DNA of 64,000 nt, taken from contig DASRYA010000181.1 of the NCBI GenBank assembly GCA_035687305.1, positions 7,527 through 71,526 of the forward strand, in the 5' to 3' direction. The notes beneath the pieces were generated by a model. It was not told where the DNA came from. It worked only from the letters and a program-made list of their open reading frames with translations, and made no database searches. Both the position numbers and the translations under genes were made by a program. Shown piece by piece: positions 58,703 to 64,000 of the stretch (positions are counted from its first letter, which is position 1; the number at the start of each line of letters is the position of its first letter). Source of the stretch: Hyphomicrobium sp. Its GTDB lineage: Bacteria; Pseudomonadota; Alphaproteobacteria; Rhizobiales; Hyphomicrobiaceae.

Positions 58703-60556
58703 CTATGACGGCGGATAGCTGCGGGAAACGAGGGTGTCGCCGGACGCAACGGATACCTTACCGTTCGACTTCGACGACACCAGACCCAACGCGATCCGCA
58801 GGAGCTGACTTTCCGTGAACGGCTTGCCGAGAATGGGGACGTCGGAAAAGCCGTTGGGCAAACTGGCGCGCCCGTACCCGGTGACAAATGCAAACGGAAC
58901 GCCTTTTTGCACGAGCATCTCGGCAACGGCATCGGCGCGCTGGCCGTGGAGGTTGCCGTCGAGCAATACACCGTCGAGATGGATGCCGTCGATGATGTTG
59001 ATCGCTTCGAGCGCCGTGCCGGCGGGACCGGCAACGAGAGCGCCGGCCTGTTCCAGCGTGGTCACGAGATCCAGCGCGACCAGCGGCTCGTCCTCGATGA
59101 CGAGGATGGACTTGCCGGCGAGCGCCGACGAGGTTTGCGCCTCGGGAAGCCGCGAAGTGGACTTTTCATCCGCGGGCACGTTGCGGGGACCTGCCCGCAG
59201 GGGGAGCATGATGCTCCATTCCACACCGCTTTCCCCATAGACGACCTTCGCATTGCCGCCGTCGGCCTTTGCCGTCTGCTGAATGAGCCTGGTGCCAAAT
59301 CCATGCCGCTTCGGCGCTTCGACCTTCGGGCCGCCGCTTTCAATCCATCTGAACAGGAGCTGCCCATTGCGCAGCTTCCAGGAGATGGTGATCTGTCCGG
59401 CCGGCGCGCGAAGGCTCCCATACTTGTTGGCGTTCGTCACCAACTCGTGGAGCATCAACGCCACATGCAGCGCCCGCTGCGGCTCGAGCCTCACCGGTGG
59501 ACCGGAAACGTTGATCCGGCTCTCTTCCAGCGCGCCGAGCATCATCTGGTCGCGCACGATCTCCAGGACGTCGGCACCTTTCCACGTTGCGTTGCTCAAC
59601 ATGGAATGCGCACGGGAGAGAGCCTGGATGCGTCCGGAGAAACTCGCGGCAAACTCCTTCGGATCGGCGCTTCGCCTCAGCGTGTGCTGGGCAATTGCCT
59701 GCACGGTCGCGAGCGTATTCTTCACGCGGTGATTGAGCTCACCCATGAGCAGCTGCTGGGTGCGCTCGCTTTGCTTGCGCGCAGTGATGTCGTGGCCGAC
59801 CCAGAGATAGAGACCGCGCCCATCGCAGGTGCGGTTTATCGGCGAGGCGACGAGATCCCAGGTGAGCACGTTTCCGGATTTGGTCACGATGTCGAATTCG
59901 GCGCGACACGGCCCGGCGTTCTGAAACACCTCGCGCACATAGGACGCGATCTCGTCCGCGCGCTCGCCCAGTGCGCACTCGGCCCACTCGGGCAGTGTCC
60001 GCAAATCTTCCGGCGCGTAGCCGGTGATCCGCTGCCACTCGTTGTTGATCGTCAAAATGCTCTGCTGCTCGTCGAAAACCATCATCGGTGCCGGAGCGAG
60101 CATGACGGCGCGGCGGAATCGCTCTTCGCTCTCGCGGATTTCGTCCCGTTGGCGGACGAGCTCGCGCCGCTGCTGGTCGAGATCGAAGAATACTTCCGCC
60201 TTCCGGCGCAGCACGTGCGGATCGATGGGCTTTATGAGGTAATCGACGGCGCCGGATTCATATCCCATGAAGCGTCGGCGTTCATCGGTTGCAACGGCCG
60301 TCAGAAAGATGATGGGTACCCGGCGCGTACGCTCGGTGCTGCGCATGTATTCCGCAAGCTCGAACCCGTCCATTTCCGGAAGCTGGACGTCGAGGAGCGC
60401 CAGCGCAAACTCATGGACGAGCAACAGCTCGAGCGCCTCGGTGCCGGACCGCGCCATGAGGATTTCGAGGCCGTCGCGACGCAGCAGGGCTTCAAGAGCG
60501 ATCAGATTCTCCGCCACGTCGTCGACGAGCAGGAATTTCACGGACTCAACCGCCAT
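58703..60556 (-). CDS. Hybrid REC-PAS-HWE histidine kinase-REC
   Basis: N-terminal receiver (LLVDD, LDVQLP), PAS/PAC, ELNHRVKN, HELVTNANKYG, W.ESGGP, HGFG, C-terminal receiver. Confidence 0.9.
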   Translation of the reverse strand: MAVESVKFLLVDDVAENLIALEALLRRDGLEILMARSGTEALELLLVHEFALALLDVQLPEMDGFELAEYMRSTERTRRVPIIFLTAVATDERRRFMGYESGAVDYLIKPIDPHVLRRKAEVFFDLDQQRRELVRQRDEIRESEERFRRAVMLAPAPMMVFDEQQSILTINNEWQRITGYAPEDLRTLPEWAECALGERADEIASYVREVFQNAGPCRAEFDIVTKSGNVLTWDLVASPINRTCDGRGLYLWVGHDITARKQSERTQQLLMGELNHRVKNTLATVQAIAQHTLRRSADPKEFAASFSGRIQALSRAHSMLSNATWKGADVLEIVRDQMMLGALEESRINVSGPPVRLEPQRALHVALMLHELVTNANKYGSLRAPAGQITISWKLRNGQLLFRWIESGGPKVEAPKRHGFGTRLIQQTAKADGGNAKVVYGESGVEWSIMLPLRAGPRNVPADEKSTSRLPEAQTSSALAGKSILVIEDEPLVALDLVTTLEQAGALVAGPAGTALEAINIIDGIHLDGVLLDGNLHGQRADAVAEMLVQKGVPFAFVTGYGRASLPNGFSDVPILGKPFTESQLLRIALGLVSSKSNGKVSVASGDTLVSRSYPPS

Positions 60557-61421
60557 TGGAGACCCCCAACTCGTCAGCGTGTATGCGGCGGTAAATCCGC
60601 TCCGCCGCATCGAATTCCCGAAACAAACCGGCGTGCCGCGAGAAGCGGATTGTCTCGTGCGCGCCCAGGCCGAGGAAGCCTCCCCGTACGAGCGCGTCGC
60701 CGAAGATACCTATCGCCCGATCTTGCAGCTCCCGTTCGAAGTAGATGAGGACGTTGCGGCAACAGATGAGATGAACCTCGGAAAATACCTCGTCGGAGAC
60801 GAGGCTGTGATCGGAGAAGACAACGTTCTTGCGAAGCTTTCGGTCCAACACCGCGCCACCGTAGGCGGCCGTATAGTATTGGGAGAGGGAGCCCTTGCCC
60901 TTGGAGAGCCGGTGGTTCTCCGTGAAGAGGGGAATGCGGTCGAGGCTGTAGACACCGGCTTCGGCTTTCATCAACGCGGCCGTGCTGATGTCGGTCGCGT
61001 AGAAAATGGTCTTCGACGCCAGCTCCTCCTCGTAAAAGAGGATCGACAGCGAGTACAGCTCCTCGCCCTCGCCGCACCCCGCCACCCATACCTTGATAGA
61101 CGGGTATGTCCTGAGGTGGGGCACGAGGTTCTCGCGGATGGATCGAAAGAAGGATGGATCGCGAAACAGGTCGCTGACCTGCACGGTCAGCATCCCAACG
61201 AGCGCCGGCACGATCGCCGGGTCATGGAGCGCGCGATGTTGCAGGAGGGAGAGGCTGGAACAGCCGAACCGCTCGGCTGCGCGCTTGAGCTGGCGCACGA
61301 TCGACGCCGGGGAATATCCGCGGAAGTCGACGTGATAGTGCTCATAGAGCGCTTCGACGAGCAGCCGCGCTTCGAGCTGCAGAGTGACCGGCTCGGTGTC
61401 GAGGCCTACCGCGGTATCCAT
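60546..61421 (-). CDS. cheR: CheR-family protein-glutamate O-methyltransferase
   Basis: DFRGYS, LFRDP, WVAGC.EGEE.YS, ATDIS, ICCRNVLIYF, LG.HE. Confidence 0.9.
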   Translation of the reverse strand: MDTAVGLDTEPVTLQLEARLLVEALYEHYHVDFRGYSPASIVRQLKRAAERFGCSSLSLLQHRALHDPAIVPALVGMLTVQVSDLFRDPSFFRSIRENLVPHLRTYPSIKVWVAGCGEGEELYSLSILFYEEELASKTIFYATDISTAALMKAEAGVYSLDRIPLFTENHRLSKGKGSLSQYYTAAYGGAVLDRKLRKNVVFSDHSLVSDEVFSEVHLICCRNVLIYFERELQDRAIGIFGDALVRGGFLGLGAHETIRFSRHAGLFREFDAAERIYRRIHADELGVSNGG

Positions 61422-64000
61422 ACGCGCACCAGGGAAAGAAGTTTTTCGACGTCGAGCGGCTTTGCCATGTAGTCGTTGGCGCCAGCGGCTATGCATTGCT
61501 CCTGATCGTCGGGCATGGCTTTGGCGGTCAGCACGATGATGGGAAGGTTCTTCCATTCTTCACGTTCGCGAATCGTCTTCGTCGCGGTGATGCCGTCCAT
61601 CTCGGGCATCATGACATCCATCAGAACGAGATCGACGGGAGAGCTGGATTGCGCGCGCTCGAGCGCTGTTATCGCCTCGAGCCCGTTGCGGGCAATCTCG
61701 ACGGAAGCACCTTGCGGCTCCAGGACGCTGGTGAGAGCGAATACGTTGCGAATATCGTCCTCGACGACGAGAATGCGGCGTCCTTCGAGGTTGCCGTCGC
61801 GGTTGACGGATTTCGCCAGCATCCGCTGCTGCTCTGCCGGCAGCTCCGACACGACGTGGTGGAGGAACAGAGTCACCTCGTCGAGCAGGCGCTCGGGGGA
61901 TTTCGCGCCCTTGATGATGATGGATTTCGAATAGCGCCTGAGGGCCAGCTCCTCGTCGGCGTTGAGGTCTCGGCCGGTGTAGACGATCACCGGCGGAAAT
62001 GCGCGATCCTCGTCCGTGCTCAGGCGCTCCAGAAGCTCGAGTCCGGACATGTCGGGCAAGCTGAGGTCGAGCACCATACAGTCGTACGTCATCTCGTCGA
62101 GCTTCTTGAGGCATTCCGCGCCGCTGCGCACGCCCGTCACGTCGACGCCCGTCGGCTCGAGCAGGGCGCGCACGCTGGCCAGCTGATTGTCGTCGTCCTC
62201 GACGACGAGAACCCGCCGCATCTTCCTGTTGAGGCGCTCCTCGAAGCCGACCAAAGCCTGCACCAGGGCCTCGCGCTTGACCGGCTTCAGCATGTAGCCG
62301 ATGGCGCCCCATTCGAGGGCGGTCTGCGTGTAGTCGTGCATCGAGACGACGTGCACCGGGATGTGCCGGGTGCGAACGTTGTGCTTGAGGCGATCGAGCA
62401 CCGAGAGGCCCGAGTGATCAGGCAGGCCGATGTCCAGAATGATGGCGTGGGGCAGATATTGCCGCGCGATCTCTATCCCTTCCTCGGCAGTGTCGGCGAC
62501 GAGGCACTGGAAGCCCTGCTCATGCGCGAGATCGAACAGGATCCGCGCGAACTTCACATCGTCCTCCACCACGAGGATGATGCGGCTGTCGCCGCTCAAG
62601 GCCTCGCGGTCATCGTCGAACGGGCGCGGACGGACCGGCCGGCTCGCGCCGTTGAGGGGCTCGGCACCGCCCGAACGCGCAACCCGGGGCGCAGCGGCGC
62701 TCAGGCCCTGGCCCTGGCTCTGGCCCCGGCTCTGGCCCGGAGCATGAAGCCGCACGTTCCTTACGTCGTAATCGAGCGGCACGACGAGCTTGAACTCGCT
62801 GCCGGTGCCGACCTCGCTCGTCAGTTGAATATCGCCGCCGAGAAGCCGCGCGAGCTCGCGCGAGATGGAGAGCCCGAGCCCCGTGCCGCCGTATTTCCTG
62901 TTCGTCGTCCCGTCCGCCTGGCGAAACGCTTCGAAGATCGCATCCTGATGTTGAGGCGGGATGCCTATGCCGGTATCGACGACGGCAAAGCTCAAGCCCT
63001 CGCTCCCGGACCGTTCGACGCGAAGCATCACGGATCCCTGCTCGGTGAACTTGACGGCATTCGAGAGGAAATTCTTCAGGATCTGTTCCAGGCGCAGCGG
63101 ATCCGAATGGAAGCTTTCGGGCAGATCGGGCATCAGCTCGACGGCGAAGGCCAGCTTCCGGTTCGCCGCCATGGGCTGGAAGGTTCTCGCGAGCTTGTCG
63201 GCCAGACGGCCGATCGAGATGTCTTCCGGCTGTATCTCGATGCGCCCCGCCTCGATCTTCGACAGATCCAGAATATCGTTGATCAGCGCCAGTAGATCGT
63301 TGCCGGCGGACTCGATGGTCTCGGCGTACTTGACCTGCTCCCCGCTGAGATTTCCGGTGCGGTTGTCGGCGAGCAGCCGCGCCATGATCAACGCCGAATT
63401 GAGCGGCGTGCGCAGCTCGTGGGACATGTTGGCGAGGAACTCGGTCTTGTAGCGGCTGGCCTGCTCGAGCGCTTTGGCCTGCTGCTTGAGCATCGACTGC
63501 GTACCCTCGAGGTCGGAGCGCTGCTCTTCGAGATAGCGGGTCTGCTCCTCGAGCCGCTTGTTGGATTCCTCCAATCGTGCTTGCGAGGCCTCCAGCGAAC
63601 GGCTCTGCTGCTCCAGCTCTTCGTTCGCCGCGCGGAGTTCCTCCTGCTGCTCCTGAAGCTCCTCGGCTTGGCGCCGTGTTTCTTCAAGCAGCTCGTGCAG
63701 ACGCGCGCGATACTGCGCCGACCGAATGGTGACCCCGATCGGCTGCGAGAGTTCCTGGAGCAGTTCGAGAGCTGCCGGTCCGATGCGATCCGTCAGGCCG
63801 AATTCCATCACGGCGTTGATTCTGCCGTCGACGCCAGCGGGTGCTACGAGCAATCGGGAGGGCTTGCCCACCCCGAGGCTGGAGCCGAAATAGAGATAGC
63901 CGTCCGGCACGGCGTTCACGACAAACGGCCGTCCGTCCTTGATGGCTTGGCCGAGCAGGCCCTCGCCCGGGCGAATGCTTTCCGGCACCGGCGACGTTGC
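61406..64000 (-). CDS. Hybrid sensor histidine kinase (GAF, coiled coil, HisKA, HATPase, three receiver domains); 5' end outside window
   Basis: GEGLLGQA, FLANMSHELRTPLN, GGTGLGL, three VVEDD/LD receiver repeats. Confidence 0.92.
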   Translation of the reverse strand, partial: ATSPVPESIRPGEGLLGQAIKDGRPFVVNAVPDGYLYFGSSLGVGKPSRLLVAPAGVDGRINAVMEFGLTDRIGPAALELLQELSQPIGVTIRSAQYRARLHELLEETRRQAEELQEQQEELRAANEELEQQSRSLEASQARLEESNKRLEEQTRYLEEQRSDLEGTQSMLKQQAKALEQASRYKTEFLANMSHELRTPLNSALIMARLLADNRTGNLSGEQVKYAETIESAGNDLLALINDILDLSKIEAGRIEIQPEDISIGRLADKLARTFQPMAANRKLAFAVELMPDLPESFHSDPLRLEQILKNFLSNAVKFTEQGSVMLRVERSGSEGLSFAVVDTGIGIPPQHQDAIFEAFRQADGTTNRKYGGTGLGLSISRELARLLGGDIQLTSEVGTGSEFKLVVPLDYDVRNVRLHAPGQSRGQSQGQGLSAAAPRVARSGGAEPLNGASRPVRPRPFDDDREALSGDSRIILVVEDDVKFARILFDLAHEQGFQCLVADTAEEGIEIARQYLPHAIILDIGLPDHSGLSVLDRLKHNVRTRHIPVHVVSMHDYTQTALEWGAIGYMLKPVKREALVQALVGFEERLNRKMRRVLVVEDDDNQLASVRALLEPTGVDVTGVRSGAECLKKLDEMTYDCMVLDLSLPDMSGLELLERLSTDEDRAFPPVIVYTGRDLNADEELALRRYSKSIIIKGAKSPERLLDEVTLFLHHVVSELPAEQQRMLAKSVNRDGNLEGRRILVVEDDIRNVFALTSVLEPQGASVEIARNGLEAITALERAQSSSPVDLVLMDVMMPEMDGITATKTIREREEWKNLPIIVLTAKAMPDDQEQCIAAGANDYMAKPLDVEKLLSLVRVWIPR

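Noticed and set aside
62705-62740. Imperfect hexamer repeat (CTGGCC/CTGGCT) encoding GQSRGQSQGQG in the kinase
   Set aside because: Short, degenerate, in-frame linker sequence; no sign of phase variation

Overview
This is a GC-rich alphaproteobacterial chromosomal segment. Gene content and repeat style suggest Hyphomicrobiales, possibly Hyphomicrobium-like (inference). From left to right: ArsR regulator, Omp25-type barrel, KamA/EpmB-like radical SAM enzyme, stand-alone molybdopterin oxidoreductase with a candidate sigma54 promoter, secreted barrel-like protein and glucokinase. Next is a five-gene GNAT-AsnB-ACP-adenylation enzyme-NadE-like operon (cryptic carrier-protein-based amide-forming pathway), then an SH3b protein, hrpB, tex, the Mrp/Pha Na+(K+)/H+ antiporter operon and a tRNA with CAT anticodon. 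A ~19 kb aerobic cobalamin biosynthesis cluster follows, with a B12 riboswitch, cbtBA and two uncharacterised Cys-rich proteins. After it come a cold-shock gene, an orphan lpxD, a second B12 riboswitch controlling a TonB-dependent receptor plus PepSY-TM protein, an orphan cysI, dinB, and a hybrid kinase-CheR-HWE kinase signalling module with no adjacent CheB. Three CTAG-anchored palindromic repeat loci sit on stop codons. No integrase, transposase or CRISPR array was seen. All family calls come from motif recognition by eye; no database searches were run.
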